From Candidatus Bathyarchaeota archaeon (GTDB lineage Archaea; Thermoproteota; Bathyarchaeia; Bathyarchaeales; Bathycorpusculaceae): 64,000 nucleotides of DNA. Location: assembly GCA_963775895.1 (NCBI GenBank), contig CAVZKL010000028.1:1-64000 (forward strand), given 5' to 3'. Position numbers and translations under genes: made by a program. The notes beneath the pieces are model-generated. The model saw only the letters and a list, made by a program, of their open reading frames with translations. It did not search any database and was not told the DNA's origin. Positions 11,757-24,832 of this stretch are shown here, one piece after another; within the stretch, counting starts at the first letter, position 1, and every line of letters starts with the position of its first letter.

Positions 11757-14703
11757 ATGAAAAAACAAATTCACATCAGTTATCATCCTATTCGTCATAA
11801 TCCTTGGTTTCCTGAACTTCGCATACAAAGTCCTGCCAGCCGTGCGGGCAACGCCCGTGGAAGGAGTCATCACACAGGACACGTTGTGGACGCTCGTGGA
11901 CAGCCCATTCGTCGTAACCAACAACATCATAATCAACCCAAACGTCACCTTAACCGTCGAACCCGGAGTCGAGGTCCGTTTCGGAGGACCATTCTCGCTA
12001 ATCACCAATGGAAGAATCGTCGCTCAAGGAACGGCAGACAGACCGATTCTCTTCACGACCAACGACCCCAACGGCACCAACTTCTGGCAGTCAATCTCAA
12101 TCTACGGCGCACAATCCTCCTTCACAAACTGCGTCATAGAGTACGCAAAGAACGCAATGATGCTCGAAGCCGGTTCACTCCAAATTCAAAATGATCAAAG
12201 TGCAAAATAACTCGCAGAACGGCATCGTGGTAGACGCAGGAACAATAACGGTCGACAGCAGCGACTTTGCCCTCAACGGCGAAAGCGCCATACTGATCGA
12301 AGGCGGCAATTCCGTAACGATCAGCAACGACGTCATCGAGTCAAACGCGTACGGACTAACCCTATCTGGTCAACTGACAGGAACCGTACAGATTCAGCAG
12401 AACGAGATCATCAACAACACTCAAGCCGGAATCCTCATCGACGCAAAAGCGCTCGACAAACACTCAAATAAATGGAAACAACGTCACAGCAAACGCGCAA
12501 GGAATCCTCATCTCAACCAGCACGACCACAAGCATCAGCAACAACTACATCTTCGGAAACACTGTCGGAGTCTACTACACGGACAACGGATACCACCAAC
12601 TGAACTTCAATGACATCTACGACAACGGAATGGGCGTCAGACGTAGCCTCTTCCTCTCAAGCCACCATCAACGCGATACACAATTACTGGGGAGACCGAA
12701 GCGGACCCCAAAATGAATGGCTGAACCCACACGGAAAAGGCAACCCGGTTGGCGAAAACGGAACAAACCTAGACGTCATACCTTTCCTAACACACTCGTT
12801 CACGTACAACAACAACCCACCCACAGCCGTCCTCTGGTCCGACATAGTGACCGCTGCAACGGGCCAGACAGTCACGCTCGTAGGCACAGACTCTCATGAT
12901 GACGGCAGCATCGTACAATACCAATATGACTTCAACGACACCACAAACAGCGGCCATACGACGCTGTCCCTCTTCAACCACACCTACTCTACACCAGGCA
13001 CTTACATGCCAAGCCTAATAGTCTGGGACGACGTCGGCTGGTGGAGCAACACAGTTTCGACAACAGTCACCGTTACCAATCTACCTACGCTACAAGCCTC
13101 AGTAACAGTTAACAACTCCACAATCGCCTACAACGGTAACACGTGGATAACAGTCTACGTCTCAACCGGCACTGGCGGAGTTGCTGACGCAACCGTCTCA
13201 TTGTTCTCAACGGCAGGAGGAAGCTTCAGTCCCCAGTCAGGACTGACGGACGCCAACGGCTACTTCGCAACACAATTCACCGCGCCAAACGCCTCACAAA
13301 CGACAGAAATAAGAATAATCGCAAGGGCATCAATGAACGGGTACGCAGACGGCTCTGCCCATGATTACGTCAAAGTCATCCCGCCTCTGACGGTGATAGC
13401 CACACCGAGCGCGCCAACCGTAAATTCCCAAGGAAACGTTACGCTCAACGTTAACGTCGAAGGCGATTTTGCAGAACCAGTGCAGGGCGCCAACCTCACC
13501 CTCTCATCCGACTACGGCACAATTACGCCTACGACTGGAATCACAGGCTCGAACGGCACGGCCATCTTCACTTACACTGCTCCAACAACGCTCAACCAGC
13601 TCAATGCCACATTGACAGTAACGGCCAGCAAGAGCGAATACGCCGACGGACAGGGCTACGCCATCATCATCGTTGAACCAAAAGTCTTGTCTCTCGACCT
13701 AAGCGCCGACCCTAACACCGTGCTCTCCGAGGAGCCAACCACGATAACGGCACAAGTCACCTTCAACTCAACCGCGGTGGCAAACGCCACTGTAACCGTG
13801 TCATCCGATGTCGGCGGCAACTTCAGTGAAACACAGTTGAACACAGATTCTGCTGGCATAGCAAGGTTTGCTTTCACGGCACCGCAGACCGTTGTCATCG
13901 GAGGAATAAACGCAACCATCACAGCCACGGCGTCTGAGGACGGATTCGTTGGAACTCAAAACCAGCTGATCTTGTCTGTGATCCCGAAAACACTAGATGT
14001 TCAGATCGTGCCTCAAGCGTTGACGACGTATTCAGGAAGCAACCTGAGCATCACGGCCATCGTGGGATACGATGGTAAACCACTTCAGAACGCCAATGTC
14101 ACCATCACCGCAGCTAACGGAACATTTGCTCCAACACTGGCTGTCACGGACAGTAATGGTAACGCCACGTTCGTCTTCACAGCTCCCGAATTCGACGAAG
14201 ACACCAACGTGACCGTGTCGATTCTCGCAATGAAAGACGGGTACATCGAAAACACCGACGCAGTCAACATCACAGTCCAGCCGTTACATTTCAAGATTCA
14301 GCCGAGCCCGTCAATCGTGCATTCAGGACAGACTGAAACCATCGTGATCCATGTGTACGCCAACGAAACCAACATTGCAACACCCGATGCTCTCGTCACA
14401 ATCTCGTTGAATAACGGACAAAAATACACCAACGTCACGGACTCGAATGGAAGCTGCACGTTTCTGGTCAAAATTCCTCAAACGTCCGACAGCACGATTA
14501 ACATGACGGTAACAGTGAGCAGAGTGGGATACGTGGGAAGACAAACCGTCTTCACGCTGAACGTCGTTGCAGAGGAAGTCGGATTTCCATGGTTAACCAT
14601 ACTCATCATCGCTATCCCCATTGCAATCGTGGTCGTCATCGTGATCCTGATAAAGATGAAGGTCATCGTCGTTTCCTCGAAGGATGAAGAGGGTTCAGAG
14701 TAA
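11757..14703 (+). CDS. Large membrane-anchored surface protein: right-handed beta-helix, PKD domain, about 5 invasin/Big_1 Ig-like repeats, C-terminal TM; frameshifted
   Basis: ORFs 11842.., 12191.. and 12610.. tile one gene. DTLWTLVDSPFVV/TLTVEPGVEVRF, Asn-rich beta-helix, NYWGD, PKD (YQYDFND...HTYSTPGTY), repeated TD.NG.A.F.FTAP, hydrophobic tail. Confidence 0.75.
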
Positions 14704-14770
14704 GGTCTCGTGAGACGTAATATTTAATAGACTGTGTGAACTCAACAGTAAGTGGAACAGGAGAACTACA

Positions 14771-16400
14771 ATGACACAATCGCAAAGCAAGGGAAAACTT
14801 GCAAAACTCAAGACCATAAACATAAGGTTCAAACTTGAAAAAACAAGAACAAGTAGCCACTCCGCCCCTACCGCCAAGACCTCTACCCAGAGGATACAAA
14901 GTAATGGAGAAGTACCCACTCTACGAACCCTTCGCACACGTCGCCATCGCACAGAACCCAAAAACTGGAGAATTCAAGTACATTCTGGACGAACTTCAGC
15001 TTGACCCCCTAGAAAGAAGCGTCTACACGCGCATTCTTGAAATACTCCTAGCAGAGATCGAGTCTCCAAAAGAGGAAATCGTTGATCCAAGAAGATTCTT
15101 TGCAGACGAAGCCAAGAAAATCGTCGACAAATACCGCATCAGCCTAGGCTGGCTCCCCGACGTATCATGGTACAAGATCCTTTACCATGCGGAAAGAGAC
15201 CTGGTCGGATTCGGCCAAATCGATCCTCTGATGCGAGACGCAAACATTGAAGATATTTCATGCGACGGTGTAACCAGGCCCGTCTACGTATGGCACAGAA
15301 ACTATGAAAGCTTAGAGACGAACATCCAGTTTCAGACAGATGAAGAACTTGACAACATGGTTGTGAAATTAGTACACATGGCTGGAAAACACGTGAGCTC
15401 AGCCTTCCCCATCGTCGACGCGTCATTACCAGGCAAACACAGACTTGCCGTCTGTTACAGACGTGAAATCACTCCCTTCGGAACCGCATTCACCATCAGA
15501 AAATTCAGAGAAGACCCCTATTCAATAATAGACTTGATCAACATAGGCACATTCTCAGAAGAGATGGCAGCATACTTCTGGCAGTGTCTAGAGTACAGAA
15601 CATCAATAATGGTTCTAGGTGGAACAGCCGCAGGAAAAACCACGGCATTAAACGCTCTAGCTTGTCTAATCAAGCCAGGCAGCAAAATCATTACGATAGA
15701 AGAAACGGCAGAACTCAACCTTTCTCATGAAAACTGGGTATCACTGATCGCAAGGCAAAGCTACGGACTGGGCGGAGACATTACAGGCGAAGTACCATTA
15801 TTCGATCTAGTGAAAACCTCAATGAGACATCGGCCCGACATCCTCATCGTGGGTGAGGTCAGAGGACAAGAAGCATACGTACTATTCCAAGCACTAGCAA
15901 CAGGACACGGTGGCATGTGCACAATGCACGCTGAAAACTTGGATACAGCAATAAAGCGACTCACACAGAAACCAATGGACATCTCACCAGCATACGTACC
16001 ATTGATGAACATCATACTATCAATCCAAAGAGTCCACATTACAAAGAACAACGAGAAAAGAGCATACAGACGAGTCATGAACGTCAACGAAATCGCTGAA
16101 TTCGAAGATTACAGACCCATCTTCAAATGGAACCCACCTAAAGACGAGCAGATACAAACTCTCGACAAAAGCATAATGCTCTCGGCCATTTCTGAAAGGT
16201 TAGGCCTAACCAAGAAAGACCTGATTGCAGAGATTGAAAAAAGGAAATCAATACTCCACTGGATGCGCGAACGCAACATAAGAAGCTACAAAGACGTGGC
16301 CGCGATAATCGCAGAATACTACGCTAGGCCAAAACAAATCTACGAAAAAATTCTAGCCGGAGAGGAGGTTAAACCACTTGCCGTATCTGGAAACACTTGA
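14771..16400 (+). CDS. Type IV pilus assembly ATPase (archaeal PilB/ArlI/VirB11 family)
   Basis: Walker A GGTAAGKTT, TIEETAEL, MRHRPDILIVGEVRG, His box GHGGMCTMHAE. Start probably ATG 14771 with a slip in an A-run. Confidence 0.93.
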
Positions 16401-18070
16401 AGCGTGGTCTTTCCGTCTCTTCGGGAAAACAGCTCCCTCCGTTCTCAAACGCGTGGTTCAGTTCAGACAATACCTTGAACGAGCAAGAATCAAGATCTAC
16501 CCAGAAACCTACGTATCCTTGATGTTTTTCACTGCAACACTCACCATACCGATCTCAATAGTCTCTATAGTAATCGCACTACTCTATGGCTTCATGCCAG
16601 CGATATTCATCATACCAGTACCACTCTATGTAATGATTGGGTTTCTCCTGGTTCCAATGTCCAAGGCTAGCGACAGATCAGCAAACCTTGAGAGAGAAAT
16701 GCCCTTTGCAGCATCATACATCAGCGTTATGGCTTCAGGAGGCATAGCACCATATTCGAGTTTCAAGAGACTTTCGGAAGTGGACCTGCTTCCAGGAATG
16801 AAAAACGAAGGCCAGAGAAATAATCAAAGACGTTGAAATCTTCGGCATAGACCCGCTGACGGCAATTGAGCAGGCGGCGAAGAAAAACCCGCTGGACATC
16901 TTTAAAGATTTTCTATCAGGATACGCTTCAACCGTCATAATTGGCGGTGACATAGGACACTTCCTCGAAAGAAAAGCCGAGGACATCTTCAAGGCAAGAG
17001 CATTAAGAGTCAAGGCAGCAGCTGAAAGACTCGGCATGCTTCTTGAAACTTTCATAATAGTGAACGTCATGATGTCACTCTGTTTCTACATCATGTTCAG
17101 CGTCGAAAACATCGGCGTAACAGGCACAGCCGGCGGTGGAGGAAGCGGATCCACATCAGGAATCATCCTTTACACGTTTCTGCTGAGCCCGCTACTCTCC
17201 ATGATGTTCATCTACCTAGCGCACAGCATGCAGCCAAAAACACCCGTAACAGACATGCGCCCCTACAAAGTGTTCGCGATCAGCGGCATCATAGGGATGG
17301 CAATATTCGCGACGTTCTACTTCTTCAACCTGTACAACTCTTTCATAGATCTGCCCGTGACGCTGGCAGTATCGTTGTTCGTCGCCACTGCACCAGCAGC
17401 GGTCGTCTACAACAAATACCAAAGCCAAAGAACTCAAACTGAATCAGGAGTGAACAGCTTTCTCAGAGACCTGACGGAAGTCAGAAAAACAGGACTATCA
17501 CCCGAAAAATGCATCGAAAGCCTTTCACACCGAGACTATGGCTCATTCTCCAAAGAGCTACGCAAAATAAGCTCAGAGATTTCATGGGGAATCCCCGTGC
17601 GAAAAGTCATCATGGACTTCATCAGTAGAACGAAGAGTTGGATGACCCAGATAGTCATGTTCCTGCTTGTTGAAACGGTAGACGTCGGCGGAGGCACAAT
17701 AGCAATGATAGAATCGCTGGCCAGGTTCAACAACACAACTCAAGAAGTTGAAAAAGAAAAGAAGATGGCCGTACGCCCGTACGTGATTATGCCATACTTC
17801 GCTGCCCTGCTACTGGTGGCAACGACAACGATGATGCTCGGGTTCACCACGGGCACCCTTGGACTCAGTACTCCAACAGGACCGAACCCTGAGATGGAAT
17901 CAGTCAAAGCGATATTCAATCTGTCATGCATATTCTCCAGCTACATGATCGGCATAGTTGCCGGCAAAATCAGCGAAGAATCCATCGGAGCAGGTTTCAA
18001 GCATGCCTCAATTCTGGTGATAATAACCGTGGTGACTGCTAAGCTGGTGCCCATGTTCGTAAAGGTGTGA
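16378..18070 (+). CDS. Type IV pilus membrane platform protein (TadC/ArlJ/GspF family, two T2SSF domains); frameshift ~16810
   Basis: LEREMPFAASYISVMASGG and FLRDLTEVRKTGLSPE...YGSFSKEL T2SSF motifs, multiple TMs, directly after the ATPase. Confidence 0.9.
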
Positions 18071-18080
18071 CAGGGGGAGA

Positions 18081-18935
18081 ATGAAAATCGGATCAGACAG
18101 ACGCCTGTTACACAGGCTCAGAAAAAACAAGAAAGCAATCAGTCCAGCCATTTCGACGGTCATAATTACAGCCGCCGTAGTAGTGATGCTCCTAGTGACC
18201 ATCGTTTTCGCCAACAACTATCTGCAGCAACGCATAGCGCAGAACGAGTTCAGCGCCGCGGAGCAGTTCATGCAAACGACCGCATTACAGCTGGACGACG
18301 TGTCATGGACTATCGGTCGCACCCAGACGATCAGATACGCGAGCACGTTCGGACAAGTAAACTTTCAAGCACCCGCCCTAAACTACACCGTTTTCGTAAA
18401 CAACGCACCGATCGCGAGTTTCACAACTGGCGTACTTTTCTTCAACATGCCAACGAACAAGTACAACATAGCAAACGGCTACTATCGAGGCATAATTCCT
18501 CCTTCGAACAGTTCCTTCCTCCAACAAGGCACGTCGGCGCCAGTGGGTCACGTTTTCATCGTCGAAATGGTTCCCATGATTGACGGCAACTACATAAGAA
18601 TAGTAGTCGCCCCCTCAATCAGAATGTTAAACTCGACGATAACAACAAGCAACACCACGGCAAATTACTACAACTTCTACCTCCCACTCCTTGAACCTGG
18701 CAAGAGTCCCCACCTTTCACAAACCGTCACGCTCCAAGGAAACAACGTGAGCGTAACCACAAACGGAAATGTCAACGACATCAAAATACACGTTGACTAC
18801 CCACAGAGCATTCAAGGTTTTAACAGCCAGTTCTTCCAGTTCGAAAGTCAAGACGAGGAAATACAGGTTCCTGCAGGTTCAATTCTAGAATTCTACACAA
18901 GCGAGGTGATCGTGTCGCTAGGACTGCAAATCTAG
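18081..18935 (+). CDS. Pilin-like protein with class III signal peptide
   Basis: RKNKKA|ISPAISTVIITAAVVVMLLV class III motif. Confidence 0.8.
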   Translation: MKIGSDRRLLHRLRKNKKAISPAISTVIITAAVVVMLLVTIVFANNYLQQRIAQNEFSAAEQFMQTTALQLDDVSWTIGRTQTIRYASTFGQVNFQAPALNYTVFVNNAPIASFTTGVLFFNMPTNKYNIANGYYRGIIPPSNSSFLQQGTSAPVGHVFIVEMVPMIDGNYIRIVVAPSIRMLNSTITTSNTTANYYNFYLPLLEPGKSPHLSQTVTLQGNNVSVTTNGNVNDIKIHVDYPQSIQGFNSQFFQFESQDEEIQVPAGSILEFYTSEVIVSLGLQI

Positions 18936-18956
18936 CCGACTGATGGAGGAAAAAGA

Positions 18957-19436
18957 ATGGTACACGTCACGATCGAATACATGATAATGATTCCCCTCCT
19001 GATATTGCAGGTCTTCCTCTTTCCCTTAACCGCAGGCTGGCTCATGACGACATGGGTGAACCAAAGAAGAACCCTGGCCTTGCAAGACGTTGCTGGACAA
19101 CTTTCAAGCACTATTCAGCAGTTGTACTTCGCGCTAAATCACCAGACCGTGCCGGCTGGAGAATCAACTTATGCTCCCGGGTTGCCACCGTCAATTGAAG
19201 ATCTTTTCTACAAGGCAACCGCAAAGCTACGACCTCTCGGAGCACCAATGAATTCCAGCAACATGCTGGACGTCACAGTCAATCTAATCGGAACCACAAA
19301 CACCGTGGCAACAACCGTGATACTCGGGCCCAACGTTGACTGGCGATCTTCCGTCTTCAAGAGCAACTCGACAAAAGCAGCGGTAACAGCTCAGAAGTTC
19401 TTGAACGGAACGATAGCGCTATGGTTTGAATCTTAG
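18957..19436 (+). CDS. Minor pilin-like protein
   Basis: MVHVTIEYMIMIPLLILQVFL pilin-type hydrophobic helix with acidic +5 residue; in pilus operon. Confidence 0.65.
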   Translation: MVHVTIEYMIMIPLLILQVFLFPLTAGWLMTTWVNQRRTLALQDVAGQLSSTIQQLYFALNHQTVPAGESTYAPGLPPSIEDLFYKATAKLRPLGAPMNSSNMLDVTVNLIGTTNTVATTVILGPNVDWRSSVFKSNSTKAAVTAQKFLNGTIALWFES

Positions 19437-19448
19437 GAATGATCGAAA

Positions 19449-20675
19449 TTGCCCGAAGCCACAATAGATCACATGATCGCCCTGACAGTCTTCCTAGCGG
19501 CGCTGCTGCTCTTCATAGGGCTATTCAATCAGACAATTCAAACAGCAATTTTGTACCAGCAACACCGATACATTGCGTCCAAGTGCACAGACATGCTCGA
19601 CAACATTATGCTCAACCCAGGCTACCCAACCTATTGGGGAACCAGCAATGCTACACCCTCCAGCTTTGGGTTGCAGGACCCAGAGTTCACTCAATACAGG
19701 CTCAGTCCTTTTTCGTTGATGCGTCTAGCATCATTTTCAGGCACACCAGTGTACTATTCCAAAACAGGCATGACGTACAGCAACGTAACACTTGGGTTCG
19801 GAGATTCCTTACTGGTACCTTACAATGAAGCCCTAAACTATTCAACTGCCTCAACCCTACTCGGAACGAACAACTCGTTCGGTTTCCAACTCACCGTCAC
19901 ACCCACTGTCACAGTATCGATCTCGGAATTTCAATCAAGCAACCCCCTGATACTGACAGTAAACGTCGCGGGAAATGGCTTCCCTCTGTTAAGAGCCAAC
20001 CTCAGCTATTGCTTTTTGACAGTCTCAACTCAGGGAGGAAACTACCCGTCCTACACGACATCGTACGGCACCGCCTACACAGACGAGCAAGGATCTGCCT
20101 TCTTGTCTTTTCCCCAAGTCCAAGACTCTGGAACATCATACGCTCTGATAGTCTATGCTCGCCTCAGCGGACTCAAAGGTGTCGGCTATCACCAACGAGT
20201 TTCTTCGAGCCAGCAATACATAATTCCATTCATCAACGATTTCAATCAAGGAACAGTGATTCTAGCACACAGTTACGATGTACACTATTTAGGCCCGCCG
20301 GAGGCAGCGATCTTCTACAACGCCACGTTTGTCCTGTTGACAGAAGACTTCACGCTTCGGGAAATGCCGATGGACAATGCAACAGGAACCGTCGGAAAAG
20401 TCAACTACGGTTACGGGTATCCTTACGAGAACGTCACGATTCCTACGATGAACCCTGGAATCTTGGTTGTTACGTACAAGAAAAGCGCGAATGAAGGAGG
20501 CATCATACTCATGCCGTGGGGTATCAGTTCCCTCGCGTTTTCAATAGTCTTCGGAGATAACACTGCTGGAAAAGAATGGGTCGCTACAGACACGCGGCAA
20601 GTCACAGTCAGCAACGTCGCGTACCAAGCAAAACTCGCGGTCTGGAGCCTACAGGGATACGGGGTGACCGGCTAA
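19449..20675 (+). CDS. Minor pilin-like protein
   Basis: MPEATIDHMIALTVFLAALLLF N-terminal helix; LNPGYPTYW...FGL motif typical of archaeal minor pilins. Confidence 0.65.
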   Translation: MPEATIDHMIALTVFLAALLLFIGLFNQTIQTAILYQQHRYIASKCTDMLDNIMLNPGYPTYWGTSNATPSSFGLQDPEFTQYRLSPFSLMRLASFSGTPVYYSKTGMTYSNVTLGFGDSLLVPYNEALNYSTASTLLGTNNSFGFQLTVTPTVTVSISEFQSSNPLILTVNVAGNGFPLLRANLSYCFLTVSTQGGNYPSYTTSYGTAYTDEQGSAFLSFPQVQDSGTSYALIVYARLSGLKGVGYHQRVSSSQQYIIPFINDFNQGTVILAHSYDVHYLGPPEAAIFYNATFVLLTEDFTLREMPMDNATGTVGKVNYGYGYPYENVTIPTMNPGILVVTYKKSANEGGIILMPWGISSLAFSIVFGDNTAGKEWVATDTRQVTVSNVAYQAKLAVWSLQGYGVTG

Positions 20676-21980
20676 ATGATGCGCACCGTCGAGATACTGC
20701 TCGTCATCGTCATCATCACAGGAGCTTTCGTGATATCTTCCTACTTTGCAGTCTTGCCATCACCACGTCAGGTCTCACCCACAAGCCTTGAAAGATTAGC
20801 CTTGACGACTCTTCAAGCACTAGATGTCAGTCACGACTTAAGTGGCACAGTTTTCAAACCGTCAAATGATTCATCATGGACCGATCTGAAAGTCGCACTC
20901 TCAGCATCTCTTCCACCTAACATGGTGTACAACCTGACCGTCTATGACGTGAAGCCAGGAACAATGCAGCTCTATTACGTTTCTAACTCTATCTCAAACG
21001 CCGCAAGCATGGGAGTCAGCACGGGATCTTCCTCTTATCTGTCTGCTTCTTCCAACGTAACCTTCGGTTTCACACCAGAAAAAGTTGGTGAACATGGAGG
21101 AGGCGGCGGAACACTCTACATTTTGAACGCCAGCGACACCAACGGCTGGTGGATCACAGGCTATACAACGCAAAAACTCGCCGAAGACCTGTACAACCTC
21201 CTCTCGCCCTACTTCCAAACGACGATATTGATACAGAACACCACCCAATTCGCACAGATCCTCAACGGAACAACGATTTCAGGGTCACCCAACGAAAACG
21301 TGTCCAACGCAGTCGTAATAAACACGTGTGGAGAAGCAGTTCCAATACCATCAGGATACTACGCCACAATAGGAGCTCAGGATTCCTACGCAAAATACTG
21401 CTACATCCTAGGACAAAGAGTCAGACAGTACAACTGGACATTCGCCAGCATAGTCGGCTACCCACTCTACTACGTCAGCAACACAGGACTGTTTCCAAGC
21501 AGCCAGAACACGTGGGGCATCTACGGCATGCAACTGGTGGCAGCAGCCGGACTTAACTCGTTCCTCGAGGGAATCGACAACCAAACCTACGTTTACAACG
21601 GCAACTGGATCACAGGAGATTTGGCGGGAAGCGTCTACCTTTCATCAGAAGCAATCTATTACTGCAACTACTACGGCATATACCCATCCTACTACCAAAC
21701 TGCAAGCAGAGCCTTGCCATCCTCAATAACCTCGACTTACGAACTGAACGTCACCAACTACATCTTTCAACCCTCAGGCGGCTACCTTCCTGGAGCCGTA
21801 TACAGACAGATCACGTCCGGCGCCTTCCTAGCCTTAGGCTTAACGCGAACGCCGGACATAAGAATAACCGCCCTCGGACTTCTTACTTATTACAGACCTC
21901 ACCTTTACCGTTCGGACTACAATTCAGTTGGCACTTCAAAACTCATCATACTACAGCTTGGACAAATGGGAGGAGTGTAG
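20676..21980 (+). CDS. Minor pilin-like protein with large C-terminal domain
   Basis: MMRTVEILLVIVIITGAFV helix; LALTTLQALD...SLPPNMVYNL pattern; operon context. Confidence 0.6.
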   Translation: MMRTVEILLVIVIITGAFVISSYFAVLPSPRQVSPTSLERLALTTLQALDVSHDLSGTVFKPSNDSSWTDLKVALSASLPPNMVYNLTVYDVKPGTMQLYYVSNSISNAASMGVSTGSSSYLSASSNVTFGFTPEKVGEHGGGGGTLYILNASDTNGWWITGYTTQKLAEDLYNLLSPYFQTTILIQNTTQFAQILNGTTISGSPNENVSNAVVINTCGEAVPIPSGYYATIGAQDSYAKYCYILGQRVRQYNWTFASIVGYPLYYVSNTGLFPSSQNTWGIYGMQLVAAAGLNSFLEGIDNQTYVYNGNWITGDLAGSVYLSSEAIYYCNYYGIYPSYYQTASRALPSSITSTYELNVTNYIFQPSGGYLPGAVYRQITSGAFLALGLTRTPDIRITALGLLTYYRPHLYRSDYNSVGTSKLIILQLGQMGGV

Positions 21981-21983
21981 CAG

Positions 21984-24724
21984 ATGAACAAACGAGGACA
22001 GTTCTCGATCATAGCAGCATTACTCGTCGCGATAGTGCTGATAACAACAGTGGTGATGACTTACTCCACGATCCGCAGCAGCCACCAGTGGCAATCAACC
22101 TCAGATTCAAAGCGCGATAGATGAAACCAATCTAGCTATAAAGCAGATACTGGGCTTCACCGTCGGATACTACGGCTCAATCTTGAAGAGCACGGGAAAC
22201 CAAACGTACGCAACAGAGCTTGCTACAAACTATCTTCAAAGCGGACTCGTGTACACGGCAAACATGCATCCTGACTGGGGCGGTTCTTTCGATGTCACAA
22301 GTTCTCAACTCTACACCTCCTGGTACTCGAACATGAGCTACAGTAGCGGAAGCTTATCTATCAACTACAACCTCACGGGGCTGGGAATTCACGGAATCAC
22401 CTACAATGTCAATTGCAGCTTAACGATTCAAATAATGCCCACAGTTAACAGCGAAGCAACAGTGATGATAACAAAAGATGGAACTGAACCGTTGATAAAC
22501 CTGGGAACGTCCAACCTGCAGTTTTACCGCTACAGCACCAACGACTCATCCTGGAATCTGGTTGCCCCTCCAAATGAACCATTAGCATACGCAAACGGAA
22601 CATACCAAATTGACATACCATCAGGAATAGACGTAAACTCCTACCTGATCCAAGTACAGGATCAAAGAGGCATAATCGTCATAGCCTCATCCTTCAGCGC
22701 CTACACGATCAACCTAGCATGGAACACCACGTCATCCCCGACTCAACACTTCGTCGACAACAACACCTCTGACGTGGACGGAAATGGGAACACAGGAACA
22801 CAAAGCAACTTCGCAGCCATGCAAACCGCGCCAGACGGAACAATGAACACGCTCACAGAAGGAATAACGACGGCAGGCGTTCCTGAGAAATGGGTGGAAC
22901 CAATCTCCAACGATCCGACAAGCTGGACAAATCCGAGTCAAGCCTATGATAACAACACCGTCACGATGGCATCAACCTCCATCTCAGCGAAAAGTTGGAG
23001 CACCTACCTCACACTGGACACCAGCGCAATTAGCTGCCACAGTGTCCGCTACTACGTTGACGCCAACAGTGGCAGTGTCAATCAAATGAGGATTGACATC
23101 TACAATGGCGCATGGACAACCGTGTACAACGGCAGTTTCAGCTCGGAACCAGTGGACCAACGTGACTTTTGCTGAGACCTCCGCGTCAAAAATGCGATTC
23201 AGATTCTACAACAATCATGGCAGCAAAACATACAGTGCGTACGTATATGAGGCACAATTCCTGCAAACAGCGACTCCACAGAACTGTCAGCTGGACGTCG
23301 AAGCTCAATGGACCAACGTCAACTACAACGACACAAACCAATGGTTATGCATCTACGGAGGAACGATGGCAGCCGAGAACATTCGAGTGGATGTAAGGAG
23401 CGGTTCAACATGGCTCAACGTGTTCACTGATCTGTTGACCGGATGGAACAACGTTTCAGTCTCAAAATACGTTAACTCCCCAACTTTTACGATTAGATTC
23501 ACGGATGGAACGCAGACAAACGATCCTGTCCAAGACAGTTGGCAAATAGACTCAGCACTTCTCAGTTCCGGCGGATCAGTCGGTGTCAGCACAAGCAGCA
23601 CCATCGTCTTTGAACTGGAACAGAGCGGAACGATTCGATGGTTAGGCAACAACCTGCAGCAAACGATGCGGGCCCAGCCTATTCCGCCCATCCCAGTGAA
23701 ATCCATCCACGTAAACGAGACAGTTGCAAACGTCAGCAGCGAAGTGCCTTATCAAGTGGAAGATTGGGCTTCCAACTACCAAATTCCTCTGGGACTGACA
23801 AACAACGCGAGCGTCTTCAGCGACACAAACATGCTCGTCTTCTTGGCAGGCCCCAACGTCACAAGAGTAACGGTATGGTGGAACGGCAGCGACACGACGA
23901 CGCAGACACCGTACGCCTACACGGACTTGTACTTCACCGGCGACAATCCAGCGGGCGGAATTCTTACAAACGGCATTCTAAGATTGCAGATAAACGGAGG
24001 CCAAGTCACGTCGACCCAAGGCACCTCGACCGTGGTTGCAACGTTAATGCGGATCAACGGCCAGAGCAGCACCTACGGAGCAGGAACCGCCTTCGTAATC
24101 CACCACGGAGTTGTAAGAGACATAATTCAGCAAGAAGCAGAATGGTCAGGCGGCGCGCCCAACTGCCCCAACCTTTACGCCCACATAGTCTTGACTCTGC
24201 CTGCGAACGTCAACTACTACACGTATCAGCTGAGGCTAATGTTCGTGAACTCCCAACAAAGCAGAACAATAACAGACCTGTGTCCGGTGAGACTCACAGT
24301 CCCAGCGGGTCAACCACTAACCGAAGACGGAGTATTAGGGGGCAATCCAGTAGCCTCCGATGCCACAGGTCTTTACTACAACAAATCCTCCTCTGAATCG
24401 ATACATCACTGGAGCGAATTCATCAGCGGCACAAAGGGCGCGGGCATAATGTTCACCGACGCAGGCAACCAAGAACTCTACGTTTTCGACAGCATCGCCG
24501 GAAGTACAACAGGAGCAATCAGCATTACGAATTCGACTGGAAACATCATTGAACTTCAACCTGTCAGCGTGCGCGCATCAGCAAGCTTCACGTACGCCCT
24601 AGACGTAGCCTGGCACGGCGCGATCGCAACGTTCGACGGAACGACCCCCATCTACGGCAATGGAGGCAACGGATTATGGACCACCGTCGAATGCCCACCA
24701 ATCATAACGGTGAGCACAAGCTAG
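21984..24724 (+). CDS. Large pilin/adhesin with class III signal peptide (about 910 aa; frameshifts ~22085 and ~23140)
   Basis: ATG 21984 reads MNKRG|QFSIIAALLVAIVLITTVV and continues through ORFs 22183..23175 and 23093..24724. Ser/Thr/Asn-rich, beta-sandwich character. Confidence 0.7.
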
Positions 24725-24832
24725 TTTGACGGAAGTTTGCGAATGGAAAATGTTATCATGGATGTTGATTCATCGTTCATACAGGTTAAATATTGAATAA
24801 TAAGATTTCATAAGCATACAAAGGTGAGAAGT

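Noticed and set aside
13100-14560. Repeats suggesting a CRISPR array or DGR template
   Set aside because: The repetition is protein-level Ig-like domains with diverged DNA; no identical spaced repeats and no reverse transcriptase.
14560-14703. C-terminus of the Ig-repeat protein as an archaeosortase substrate
   Set aside because: GFPW precedes the TM helix, but there is no PGF/PEF motif and the tail is long and acidic.
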